Shown: positions 1-13,099 of the stretch, piece after piece
Position numbering within the stretch: the first letter of the stretch is position 1
How the letters are laid out: the number at the start of each line of letters is the position of its first letter
Origin: the human T2T-CHM13v2.0 reference genome, Homo sapiens
Assembly: GCF_009914755.1 (NCBI RefSeq)
Contig: NC_060928.1
Strand: one strand, 5' to 3'
Length of the DNA stretch: 64,000 nucleotides
Position numbers and translations under genes: made by a program
The notes under the pieces: model-generated
What the model was told of the DNA's origin: nothing
Database searches by the model: none
Seen by the model: only the letters and a program-made list of their open reading frames with translations

Positions 1-797
1 ATTTAGTATTATTCTCCTGTTGACGTTTTATAGTTTTGAGAGGTAACTTCCTTGGCGTCCTCAGTGTGAAAACCCACATTCCTTGAGATTCACATGCTGG
101 CCACTGTGTTAGGGATGGCTCCACAGCAACCCCCCCATGAGGCAGGTGCCATAGTTATCGTTTCTTACAGATGCAGACACTGAGGCTTGGAGAGATCCAC
201 AGTGCTTGGAGTGGCAGAACTGGGACTTAGGCCCAGAGAAGCCTTCAGAGCCCTTTTCTGCCTGCTGCTCCTTCCGGGGGTGGAGGGCATGACTTGCTTC
301 TCCTCCAGCCTCTCCCATGCTGAGAAGTGTGCCCACGAGCCTGGCAGCAGCAGGGAGTTTCCGGGAGGCTCTGCCATGGCCACAGTCCTCCTTCCCCCAA
401 GCCCCCCTCTTTTTCCTTATTTGTTGGAGGCCCTTTGCAGGATTTATACCAAATGTCTATTGTGTTCCTGCTTGTTAATCAAGGAGCAGTGAACGTCCTG
501 TGCCTCCTGCTTCATCTTCACCCAAACTCTGGTTACGAAGAAATTCTTCCAGCTCACCTTTCCTCCAAAGCCTTCCACCACCTGACCACCGGCCTGGCTC
601 AGCTCCTCAAGCCAGCCTCCAGAGAAGAAAAAGATGACCATAAGCCAAACTTCTGACACTTCTCCCACCATTCACAGACTGCCCCTGACCATACTAATTA
701 CAGTATGGGGAGCATTTTCAAGACAAAAGAACTGCTGAATAACATTTACAATCAATACCTTCCTCCTTTCATCATTTCAGATTAGAGGCTTCTGAAT

Positions 798-1061
<264 letters not shown>

Positions 1062-1876
1062 TTAATATTTCTTAAAATAAAAAATTAATTTGTAAAAATA
1101 CAGTTTTCTGCTATGGCCGATTAAAGTCACAAAAGTAATACACAAATACACATTTGCTGTAAAAAAAAATAAAATAATACAAAAGTATACTGAGGGTGAG
1201 ACTCTCCCTTCTCTTAGCTCTCCCATTCGATATTCCTTCCCAGAAGTACCATTATATATGTATTTCCAGAAAGTTTCCTTTGCATATAGACATGCGGTTT
1301 ACAACTTCACCTTCAGTAGATGCTCACGTCGGGCCAGACCATCAGAGAAGCGCCAGCTACTCATTCTGAGTGCCAGAGAGTCAGGGACGCATCTTGTTCT
1401 TTCATCACAGTGGCCCAGAACCTAGCACAGTGCCTGGAACATGGCAGGTGCTCAGTCATCAATCTTTAGGAATGAATGAAGGAGTACAGATTTGAGTCAC
1501 GTAACAGGTTACTTTCCAATTTTTTATTTTAGAAAAGTCGTCTCCTCTTTAACATTTCTTACGGATGGCTACCATTAACTTCCTTATTCAAATTCAACAC
1601 TTTAAGATTAGTAGAATGAAAAAGGCACCTGCGGTCTCCTCTATTTCATGAAAGAACTGATATTATGTGGAAAACATACCTGGGCAAGAAAAGAGTGTCT
1701 GTGTCCACAAAAATCCTGCTTTGATTACATCTTAAAATAATCTCCAACTTCATGGTTCTTTCAAAAATGACAGTGTTTTATAGAGAACTAAAATCAGAGA
1801 CATGTGAGTGTTTTGGTTTACATGTTATTTCCTCCACCTGTGTAATCCACAATAAAAACCTTTTCAGTTTTATCTC

Positions 1877-1882
1877 TTTATT
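1877..1882 (-). terminator. Distal polyadenylation signal AATAAA
   Basis: Plus-strand TTTATT. On the minus strand it is followed by the U/GU-rich GGTTTTTATTGTGG about 20-35 nt downstream. Confidence 0.8.
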
Positions 1883-2519
1883 ACCAACATGGATGCCAGA
1901 AACTTCCATCGACCATACACCTACAAACATGTGGGTTGCAAGTGGTTCGTTTTTGCCCTGGAGTTCTTACAAAGTTTCACTAGGTGGGTCTAGGTTTTTC
2001 TGCTATGGTCAGATGGAAAACTTAAACTTACAGAAAAGAAAGCTTTATATTTCAATCAAAACTCATACCCACAAAGTCCACAGGGGTTGCTGTTACAATT
2101 TAGACTCCCTGGGACCAGGTATCTTGTACTGGAGTCTTTCTTTGGAGGGGAGAAAACCTTTTATATACAGATAACCCTCCAATCAACCACCTTCCCACTA
2201 CAGTTCCAAGTAGCCTGGCAGACCTGCCCAGTGGGCCAGCTAGAACAATGCAGTCCTTTGTTATGGCAGGATGATTTACAACACATGCAGGCTACCAGCA
2301 CTGCCCCAGACACTACCCCTCCCTTCCTTGCCTTTTCAGAAATGTTTCAGAGCAAGAGAGAAACAAAGCCTCAGACCCTATTTTCAATGTTCCCTCCTCA
2401 GTTATATAATCCTAAGGAACATCAAATTTTCCCCACACTCATAATTCTAAAGCATGTCTAACTTCTCGAGCAACTTCAAATAAAAAGAGTTGTAATCTAC
2501 CAACACTTGCCAACAGGCT

Positions 2520-2525
2520 TTTATT
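2520..2525 (-). terminator. Candidate proximal polyadenylation signal AATAAA
   Basis: Plus-strand TTTATT. The minus strand downstream reads GCCTGTTGGCAAGTGTTGG...CTCTTTTTATTTG (GU/U-rich). Confidence 0.55.
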
Positions 2526-2847
2526 TAGAACTAATGAACTTGTAGGTGGAATCAGGAAGATCACAAACAGAGGGTTAAGGATAAATGGAAACGATCACTA
2601 ATTGGACTCGCCAAAAGACAGACTGTCGCCTTCAGGAAAATAAAAAAACTTTTTTTTTTTTTTTTTAAGAATCACAGCAATCCAAGCAAAGTACCTCACT
2701 GAGTAGGTATCAAGACCCTTCAGGCAGAATTCCATCATTCTCGCAATTAGTGACAGGGACGCTGGTTGTGGAGGAGTATTTGGAGTGGTGGCAGAAAATT
2801 GCATCGGCATTTCCAGCTTGAGTAGGTCTTATCTTCTTAGCGGATGC

Positions 2848-2940
2848 TCAGAAGCCAAGGTCTGGATGCAGTCGGTCAGTTGCAAATAACAGCTCAGGAA
2901 TGTTAAGTGGCTTCAGGAGTCGTGTGGACAGCACGATTAC
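2848..2940 (-). CDS. SCFD2: SCFD2 last exon, coding part including TGA stop
   Basis: Acceptor TTTGCCCTCTCCTGTTGTTAG|GTA. Encodes VIVLSTRLLKPLNIPELLFATDRLHPDLGF*, matching the SM-family final strand (ivlST.ll.P). TGA at 2850-2848. Confidence 0.95.
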   Translation of the reverse strand, partial: VIVLSTRLLKPLNIPELLFATDRLHPDLGF

Positions 2941-3409
2941 CTAACAACAGGAGAGGGCAAACACACCGCAGGGAATTAGGGGGGCCAATCTCAGGGTATT
3001 GGATGATGAGAAATAGAATGCAACAAATGTCTTTGGGGGAGGGCATGAAGTGAAGTTCTAGGAAGGAAAAGTAGAAGGCAGCCAGCTGAATGGCACCTGG
3101 CGCTAGTGCCCTGCCTGGAAGGAGGGGGGCACAGTCTGGGACAGATGGCCTGTGGGACAGCCGGGCTGTGTCTACTGAACCTTTAGCCAATGGGGCACTC
3201 AGGATGGCTGAGACTGGCACTAGGTACATTTGACAGGCAGAGCCCAGCCACTACCTTGCTGCTAAATTGAACTGGATCATATTCTTGCTTTGTAATGCAG
3301 TAATTTGACGTCAATATCAAGGTTTCTCCCCATTTCAGGGAGCCTTTGCTCCTCCAGGGAGCATGAGAAGGCACATCCAGGAGGTGGATGTTGTTAGTGA
3401 TGATGGTGA

Positions 3410-3789
3410 TTGTTAGTTTCCTAGTACCACAAACTGGGTGGCTTAAACAATGGAAACTTACTGTCTCATAGTTCTGGAGCCTAGAAGTCCAAGATCAAGG
3501 TGTTGGCAGGGTTGGCACCTTCTAAGGGCTGCGAGGGAATCTGTTCCATGCCTTTCTCCTAGCTACCTTGTGCCTTCACATTGTCTCTCCCTATGCATGT
3601 CTGTTGCTGTGTCCAAATTTCCCCTTCTTATATACATACAGTCACACTGGATTAGAGCCCACACTAAAGACCCTATTTTAACTTGATCATCTGCAAAGAT
3701 CCTATTTCCAGTAAGGTCATATTCACAGATACCAGTGGGGAGGTTAGGACTGCAAGACATTTTAAAGGGGACACATTTCAACTCATAAC
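3410..3789 (-). mobile_element. MaLR LTR (MLT1C-like)
   Basis: CCACAAACTGGGTGGCTTAAACAA...GTTCTGGAG..AGAAGTCCAAGATCAAGGTGTTGGCAGGG...GGGGACACATTTCAAC, typical of a reverse-oriented MLT1. Confidence 0.8.
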
Positions 3790-3809
3790 GATGATGGGAA
3801 TGATAGTGA

Positions 3810-4020
3810 TAACTAATACTTGTTAATTTCTATGATGTGCCAGGTTCTGAGGATTATCTCATTGAATATCCATTTGATCCTGATATTGAGCTTATGAAAT
3901 AGATACGTTTATTTTTCCTGCTTTGTAGATGAAGAAAATAAAGTACAGAAAGGCTCAGCAACTTGTACAAGGACACACATACAGTCAGCGGCTGAGTCAG
4001 GATCCCAGCGCAGACAGGCT
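3810..4020 (-). mobile_element. MIR SINE
   Basis: Degenerate MIR core: TTTGTAGATGAAGAAAATAAAGTACAGAAAGG...AACTTGTACAAGGACACAC. Confidence 0.6.
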
Positions 4021-4678
4021 GGCCCCAGTGCCCCCGTGCCTCCCTTCCCTGTCATCAAGGGCTCTGGGCCCTTTACTCCCTTACTCCACATGCACCTTTG
4101 GGCTCCTCTGGCTTCTTTCATGGTGACCCTTTCTGCTTCCCTCAGTCTGGATTTTATTCCAGGACAGATTTATCTCTGCAAAGGTGGGAGAGCCTATTCC
4201 CTGGGTCTGGGCTGGGGGCGTGATGTGCTTTGCAAGGGCCTGGTTAGGTTTTGCACAAGCAGTATTGTATGCACCCTAGAAGAAGAGGTGACTATGGGAA
4301 AAGCTGTCCTAGAGCCTGAATTCCACAGCCCACAATCCCTTGGAAGGGGATTCCAAGGCCCACAGCATGACTACATGGCTACGCTCCTTTGGAGTGGTGC
4401 AAGTGGGCCCACACACTTTACTATCCTCCTTGCCCACTCCCAAAATTGTCCCAGGTATAATTAAATTAGTGAATTAACCAACCCCAAGTCCACGAGCTCA
4501 TTGATGGAAAACAAAAAGTCTATACTCCAATGAAGAGAAAAAGTAGAAGAGGAAGAGAGAAGGAAGTATTTCTTGTTGTTAAAGAAAGAATTTTTCAACA
4601 ACCTTATGAGAAAGTTTTCTGTTTAAAAAACTTAGTCTTTGGAAGCATCTATGTTACTTCTTGAAAGAGGATTATCTT

Positions 4679-4682
<4 letters not shown>

Positions 4683-4734
<52 letters not shown>
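4683..4734. repeat. (TA)26 microsatellite
   Basis: 52 nt of uninterrupted TA. Confidence 0.98.
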
Positions 4735-4738
<4 letters not shown>

Positions 4739-5318
4739 ATGTCAGCCAAGTCATATTTTTGGCAGAAACAAATTCACTGAAATCTGTGTTTCACGATTTT
4801 CCTTGAAAATCATGCAAGGAGCCTTTGAGGACAGTGGGTGAAGATTGGCCTTCTCTATCATCTGCATGCATGATTTAGACACCGTTTGAATGTGTGTCTC
4901 CCGAGAGGGTCTCTACGTCTTTCAGGTCTTCCTCACCAAACCTAGTAGGTAATTGAGCCTGGCGGCTTCCAGGCGAGTGCCATCAGCAGACCCTGAGGAG
5001 ATCCCAGCTCCACACTGACTGGCCAGATGCCCTCCAGAAAGTCACAACTTACAGCCTTGCTCACCTCATCTCTCTCAGAAGGAAAATAACAGTGCCAAGC
5101 TTGAGGCAGTATGGCAAGGATTACATAAGATCGTGTATGTGGAGCACAGGAAGTGCTCAGCAACTGTGAGCTGCTGTATTATTGTGGTTTTGTGATTTGG
5201 TCCTAGATCTCCTTTTGAATCTTATGAAAGCTAAGAACTTTCTAGAAAAATACACAGACATTCATACAAGATTTTGTGTTATAGTTTTAGGGATGGTTCA
5301 TGAACTCCTAGGAATTCA

Positions 5319-5916
<598 letters not shown>

Positions 5917-6289
5917 CTAAGTCTTCTCAGCAGGTTTGAGGAACTTGGAGTGAAAAGGCTAAAAGTGTTGACTTCCAGAGCAGCAATAACTGAGCCCAAA
6001 GAATCTGTCACTCTCGGGTAGTGTGCTGGGCTTCCAGCCATGGTTGACAGAGACCATGGATTTGGCTACCGCCACTGAGCTGGAACAGTAAGGCCAGCCC
6101 TCACATCTGAACAAGCAGGTGTTTAACAGTAATCAGCCTACAGCTTCATGAGGGCTCAGCCAGAGGCTGTCTGGGGCCTGCTCTGTGGAGGGGTGAAAAG
6201 AAACAGATGGAAAACAGGGGCTTCTCAAGCAGTAGGTTAGGGGGCCTTTGTGGAGGGGAGACTGCAGGACTGAGGACAGGAGGCTTTGG

Positions 6290-6500
6290 GATAGTACAGT
6301 GGTTAAGAGCACAGGTTTAGGAGGGTCCAGTCTGCGCTGGACCCTGGCTGGGCCACTTGCTAGATGAATGACCCTGGAGAAGTTGCTTAACCACACTGAG
6401 CCTCAATTTCTTCATCTGTAAAGTGGGAATGATACCCACCCCACATGATTATGTGAGGATCAATGTGAACATCTTCGTAAAATATCTGACACAATGACAG
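6290..6500 (+). mobile_element. MIR SINE
   Basis: GTGGTTAAGAGCACAGG...CTGAGCCTCAATTTCTTCATCTGTAAAGTGGGAATGAT core. Confidence 0.8.
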
Positions 6501-9212
6501 GCTCTAGAGGGGCTTAGAATGGCAGCTGCCATGACTGCCTTTGTCACCGTCACTGTCCTCATTATGTGCATCCCCGGCTGCATCCTTCCACCCAGCTCAC
6601 AGTAGTTATGGGGCGGATGCAGGGAAGGTGGAGTTGCCAGAGCCAGTGACCCCAAGTGTGAATCTGATCGCATTACTCACAGGCTTAAAATCCCTGCAGC
6701 TTCATCACTGCCCTCTGGTAAGCCCAGCCCTCCCGGAGAGCATCACAGGACTTCAGAACCTGAATGCTGCCAGCACTCCACATCCGGCCCTTGCCTCCAC
6801 ACCCCCAAATCAGTCCCACATTCCAGCCTCCCTAACTCCTCGCAATTTCACACCTGGCACTTTGGGGATGCTTCTTTGTCTGGGAGAGGAGCTCCCCACT
6901 CTGCCCAAAGACCCCTCCTCCATTGCCCTTCAACAATCAGCTCAGGCATCACTCCCCACAGAAAGCCTTCCCAGACCACCCCTCCCGCAAGCCTGAGTGT
7001 GTCCCCCTGGCTGTTGGTATCTCACGGTATTCCCTGTCAACTTAACTGAGTCTTTTCATTGTTTCTTAGCACAGTGCCTGACACATAGCAGGTCTTTGAT
7101 TGAGTCAGTTAGTGCCTGATTGAGTGAACAAAAACCATACAGCAGTGAAGGAGGCAGGGAGTGTAGCCACGGTCACTGGGAAGTTTTCACTCAGGGCAGC
7201 TCTAGTAGAAGATGCTCAGACAGCTCCAGGTAAATGTGTTTCCTCTCCATTCGATGAAAAACCTACTTGTCTCTAATTCCTATTTTGAAGAGCAAGCAGG
7301 ATCATACTGCTGACATTTCACATAGAGCATGAAATATAATAGTTGGTGCTCTTTAAGTATGTTTGCATCTTAGGCATCTTTTGGTATTGGCTACTTTTTT
7401 GAATTTTCAGAATTTTTAAAGCACATTTTACTAGAACATTTCTACATTATTTGGCTAAGATCACCCTAAAATTCTAAAAAGTGGGCCCTAAACAGGAACA
7501 AAGATGCTCAAAAATGAAAAAGAAAATAGAAGAGTTTGAAATTGGCTGATCAGATATGACATTTAATTTTTAAAAAACATAATCATCAAACATGTGATAG
7601 TGGACAAATTAAGCACTAGAGAATTCCTTTCAGAGAACTGGTCTTTTCTCAGGCAACCAAGGGCACTGAAGAAAATTCCCATGGGTGATGCTCAATGCTT
7701 GCCCATCATACGTCTACTTTTCTCTGCATTTTCTAAAATGCTTCTTTTGATTCTCAGTATTAGAAATCAGAGGTACATAGAACCTAAACCTGGTCTTCCC
7801 TGCTTCCTCTCCCTTTCCCCTTTTCAGGGTCCCTGCCATCTCTTCTTCTCCTCCGTCTCCTTCCCCTCCCTCTCTTTCCTCCTGTTCCTTTTTGGGGGTT
7901 GTTTTTGTTCTTCCTTCTCAACACAGGCCTGAGTGTCATTCAGGGCTAAAGAGTCAGCTGACTTTACTCCGACCCATCAACTCCTAGCCACCCCACTTTC
8001 ACCTGCTAATAGCCAAGAGGGCTGGTGGCAGTGGTCAGCCTCCTTCTCAAGCCAGAGGCATCCAGGACACTCAAGAGCACCCCGCAGTGCTCAGAGCTTG
8101 GCCCAGCCACCATACCTGCCCTGCACCATCTACCCACCAGAATACCTTCCACAAAAACAGCCAGTGGGGAGAGAATCTTTGCTGATTAAAAATAAATTTC
8201 ACACTTAAATATGAGAAATGGGGTTTTTAATGAAAACAAAAAATTGTTTTTGAAGAGCCTGAACGACACTGCAACTGCAGGGCAGTTATGACTTAGGTGT
8301 CACATGTGTTGCCAACTGCAGGCAGTTCTATCAAGGAATGTTTGAAGATGCAGCTCATTCACCAACAGCAAGCCTCTGTGTCAAAGCAGATAACTTGACA
8401 TCAAAAAAATATATCGACTGACTGTGAGATGGGGTGGAGGACATCAGCCAGGGAACCAAGTCCCTCCAGCAGCCTTCAGCCCACACTTGATATCTACTCC
8501 AGCTGGAAGGGGGATGTTCGGTCTTTGTTCTCAGGCCTGCCCTGAACTCCACATGGGCAGCCCAGCCCTTAGGAGTGACCCAGCCCTCTGGGCTTTCCGT
8601 TGCTCCAGACCATGGCTGTAATTTGTAGGTGCCAGCATCTTCCTGTTCTATTTCTGCTGAACACAGAGGAAGCAGGGAAGTCCAGGATTTACATTCCATA
8701 TCCCCCTGATTTCTAACACTCAGTATCAAAAGGAGCAAGGGGTACATTTTTCTCTCTCCTTTTCTTTTACATTTGGGAGATTCTTCCCCAAAGTGACCCA
8801 CATATGCACAGGCACCAACATGCATATTCATTCGATAGGCAGCTTTTGGAGCATATATTGTATTCATGCTGTATAGGCACACGCACACATACACACACAC
8901 CTGTGTTAAACCCAGAAGGTTTGTATCATTAAGCCAGTGGCACAGTGGATTAGCCTTACTGAAAAACCTGGAAACATCTGACCTGACTACCGCTGCCTCA
9001 GAGCCACTGTGCTGTGCTTATAAGGCTCTCAGAAGATCTGAAGTGTGATTCAGATCTTTTCGCTGTTGTCTCCCTGGGGCTTCCCATCAATTTTAGAATA
9101 ACCTGGAGGCAGGTTTTGGAGCCAGGATGAGGGATCCTTGAACCTCTTAAGTTGTGTGCAAAACTATTTTTTTTTTTTTTAATTATTGTGTCTTCACTAA
9201 ATATTCAACTCT

Positions 9213-9530
9213 GGGTTGGGCATGGTGGCTCACTCCTGTAATCCCAGCACTTTGGGAGGGCAAGGCGGGTGGATCACTTGAGGTAGGAGTTCAAGACCAG
9301 CCTGGCCAACACTGTAAAACCCCGTCTCTACTAAAAATACAAAAAATTAACCAGGAGTGGTGGTGGGCGCCTGTAATCCTAGCTACTCGGGAGGCTGAGG
9401 AAGGAGAATCACTTGAACGTGGGAGGTGGAGGTTGCTATGAGCTGAGATCATGCCACTGCCCTCCGGCCTGGGTGACAGAGTGAGACCCTGTCTCAAAAA
9501 AAAAAAAAAGAAAAAGAAAAAAAGAAAAAA
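9213..9530 (+). mobile_element. AluS (Sx/Sz-like), full length
   Basis: Both arms and an A-rich tail. Degenerate TSD AAATATTCAACTCT / AAGTATTGAACTCT. Confidence 0.95.
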
Positions 9531-11288
9531 AAGTATTGAACTCTGTAAATGTAGAACTACAGGAAAGTGTGGGTGCGGCAAGCACGTGCCTTGCTACGAA
9601 AGCAGTGGATGGGGGTCAACTTTCCCACTGGCCTTCCCCTTTTTCCTGAGCTGGCCGTTCCCTGTATTTCCTCAGAGATTCCCTCCCTGTTATTTTCTTC
9701 TTACAATCACAGGCTTCTGCTAGCCTCTCGGCTACCATCCAGCTGCAAAGTTCAGCCAGGCAGAGCTGTCTGGCCATGGAGTCCCACAGTAGGCATCAAG
9801 TGAGTGAGGAGAGAGGCTGGTGTTGGGCACATGCGGATCAGAGCAGGAGAAACCTGGAATCTCCCACTTGGTGTTTGTGGCAGTTTGGGATGGGGGAGGT
9901 TGCCCTCTTGATCCCTTTTCTGTAGACAGGAAAAAGGACCTTCTCCAATGCACCCATTTTCTCTCATCAGCACATCTCCCAACAGCCACAGGCAGGAGAG
10001 TGGAGAAAACATGTCCCTTTTAGAGCAGAGCAGTCTTCAGAGGCTAGCAGGTGGGCATGTGGTTTCTGGTTTCCTATGTTTCATGCTATTCTTGCCACTT
10101 TTTGTGAAAGACAGTTCATTTCTGGAGGTGCTGTGAATGGATTCTATTCATTTCCTTTGAACAGCTGATCCCCGAATGCTTTTTAAATCTCAGCTCCAAA
10201 GCCTTCTCCATGGGAGTCTGTGCTATCTAAAGGAAGCTCTTCCTCCTGGTTTTTCTACACTAGCACCCATCTATGTCTGTTGTCCACTTGTCATGAGGTG
10301 GTGCTTCCATGTTTATTGTCAGTTACTACCCAGTAGAATGGAAGTTCCATAAAAGTAGGAATGTCTCTAGCTTGGTCACTGTTCTGTCCTTAGCATAAAA
10401 GACAATGCCTGGCACAGAGCAGATCATGTTTTTGCTTTTTAGATAGTCAATAAATGCCTGCTGAATCATTAGTTAATCCAGCTTAATAGGAATGATTGCA
10501 AGTTCCTGTACGTGGTTCCAAAGAGCACCCACACAGCAGTAGAACAGGGAAGATTTGGAATAATAGCAATAGATACAAAAGACAAAGTGGTTTTAATTGT
10601 CTATAATGTGTCAGTCAATAGGTTGGTGTGGTTTTTGTGGTCTTTTCCAGAAAAGCTGCTTTTCTGTTATGTTGGAATGGTACACGTAGAGTCTCTAATG
10701 TTCAGTATTGGACATTCAATTAACATTCATGAATATCCACTAAGTGGCAGACTCTGTTTGTGGTGCTGAGAATACAATAGTTGAGAAATGCAAAGTCCTG
10801 AGGCTGGAGGGGCATATGCAAGGAGAAGAGTGGTAGGAAAAGAAGCCCCAGACGTAGGCAGGGGTGAGATCATGTGAGCTTTGTAGGCCATGGTAGAGAG
10901 GAGGAGGAGGTGACCCTAATTTTCTCTGAGCTGATCAGTCCACACCAAGGTTTGGCTTTTGGTTCCAATCAAGTGCGAGACAGGGAGAAAAACTGGGGTT
11001 GAGGAGAGCTGCAACATCGTCAGGGGATTCAGGTCCATTTCACAGGGTAAGAGTGGGGTGGCTACAGGAACTGATGATATTCAGTTTGGAGAAGAGAAGA
11101 CCTGGGGGAGGACATGGGAGCTATCTTCATATGTCTGCAGAATTGTCGTGGGGAAGAGGGATGAATCTCATTTTCTTTTAAATTCTATGTGGCACAAGAG
11201 CTAGAACCAGCACTGGTGAGTGACAATGCCAAAGAGGCAGATTTGGGCTTCATCTAGAGGAGATATTAGAACCAAGAATGAAGCCCTC

Positions 11289-11738
11289 CATGACGGTTAA
11301 TTGAGTGTCAACTTGATTAGATTGAAGGATGCAAAGTATTGTTCCTGGGTATGTCTGTGAAGGTGTTGCCAAAGGAGATTAACATTTGAGTCAGTGGACT
11401 GGGAAAGGCAGACCCACCCTCAATCTGGGTGGGCATAATCTAATCAGCTGCCAGGACAGCCAGAATAAACGCAGGCAGAAGAACGTGGAAAGACTAGACT
11501 GGCTTAGTCTCCCAGCCTACATCTTTCTCATATGCTGGATGCTTCCTGCCCTTGAACATTGAACTGCAAGTTCTTCAGCTTTTGGACTCAGACTGGCTTC
11601 CTTGCTCCTTAGCTTGCAGACGGCCTATTGTGAGACCTCACCTTGTGACTGTGTCAGTCAATAGTCCTTAATAAACTCCCCTTTATATCTACATTTATCC
11701 TATTAGTTTTGTCCCTCTAGAGAACCCTGACTAATACA
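11289..11738 (+). mobile_element. ERVL solo LTR, MLT2A1-like
   Basis: TGACGGTTAATTGAGTGTCAACTTGATTAGATTGAAGGATGC...CTAGAGAACCCTGACTAATACA, 450 bp. 5-bp TSD CCCTC at 11284-11288 and 11739-11743. Confidence 0.88.
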
Positions 11739-13099
11739 CCCTCCAAGCCTCAAATAGGCTGCAGTGGGAGGGGACAAATCCTCATCCTGGGAGATGGTCA
11801 AGTAAAGGCTGGATAGTAAAGCCAGAATGGAAGCACTAGCTATGTCTATTATTGCTGTTTACACCAATGATCAAGTGAGGGTTACTCCCTTGCTTGCCCA
11901 AAGGTCTTAGACAGTCTATTGGGTATAGATTCCATAGAACCTATCCCCTTCAATTAGGTCACATGTGTTCTCGAACAGAAGTCTGAGTCTGAGCAGACAA
12001 TGGAACTAGCACGCATCCCACTTCGTGTGTTGCTAGGGCAGCAAGGCATGATTTCCGCTGCACTCTAAAAAGCAGGAAGCTGGTCATGTCTCAGATCGGC
12101 AGAGTTTGCTGTAGGGCCAGGGCAGCTGTGTGTCTGTCAAGGTCTAAGAAAGGGAGACCCGCCACAGCATGTGTCACTCTGCAAACATCCAGGTAATTCA
12201 CCTCCTTTCAAAAATGTGGAGATGAAGGACTTCATGATAAAGAATGCCTTTTCTGTTTCCCCTGCTGCCTGAGGAATCTTCCTAGGGCCTGCTAACTCTT
12301 CAGGGGAGCTTTTTGCACAAAGGGCAAGTAGCAGTCAAGGCTGATCCTTAAGCTCAAAATTCTTTGAGAAGCTCTCTCTGCAGATGACTGAGCACAGGGT
12401 CAGATTGCAGCAAAGTCACTGTAGATTCCGGGGCTCTGTTGTCAAACTCAGGTCACAGGACTTTGAAAACGTCTGCATTTTATCCTTTTAGAGTAGGGAT
12501 TAACATGTCTGTCAGGCTATTACAATGCATCACTGTTCTGAAGAGCTAAGAATTTGGTTCACCACGTTAGGGGCAGCAAGAAGTGTGGTTTCTGATGAAA
12601 AAAGAAAAGAGGTCTTGCTCAAAAAGGCAATCATTCATTAAACAGAACCTTATCACTGCTGGCAGGGAGGGTGTTAAATGAAACAGAATTTACAAATTTA
12701 TCAGAAATCTCATCAGCTATGACCATAACAGGTGATAGTAACAGAAGAATGGTCATAGTCAAAAACTGGCCACTCCCCTGCTCAAGAGTCTGCTGTAGCT
12801 CTCTAGGTACCCAGGTCCCATTCCTCCGTTGGGTGTCTGGAGACCAGCAGGGACCAGACCTTCTTGGCTTAACCTGGTAGCTCAGCCACTCCAACAACAC
12901 AGACTGTTCCTACCAGGCCAGTTCTCTTGGAGTCAATAAACCCCTCAAACTACAAGGGTTACTGAGCCACTGCCATGTGCTCCAGCCTGGAAAGCCCCAG
13001 CCTTTGTCCTCAAGGAATTTGTATTTGATTGAGGAGACTAGGCCAGCAAATATGAAGTAGTCAGGGAGAAGTCCAGAGCTGCATTGCCCAGTATAGATG

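Larger units (their letters stand above)
1858..2847 (-). other. SCFD2: SCFD2 3'UTR (end approximate)
   Basis: Repeat-free sequence between the stop codon and the distal AATAAA. Cleavage site inferred ~15-25 nt past the signal. Confidence 0.75.

Noticed and set aside
8355-8900. 181-aa minus-strand ORF
   Set aside because: It starts in a CA/TG repeat, has no recognisable domain, and is not needed to complete the SCFD2 frame.
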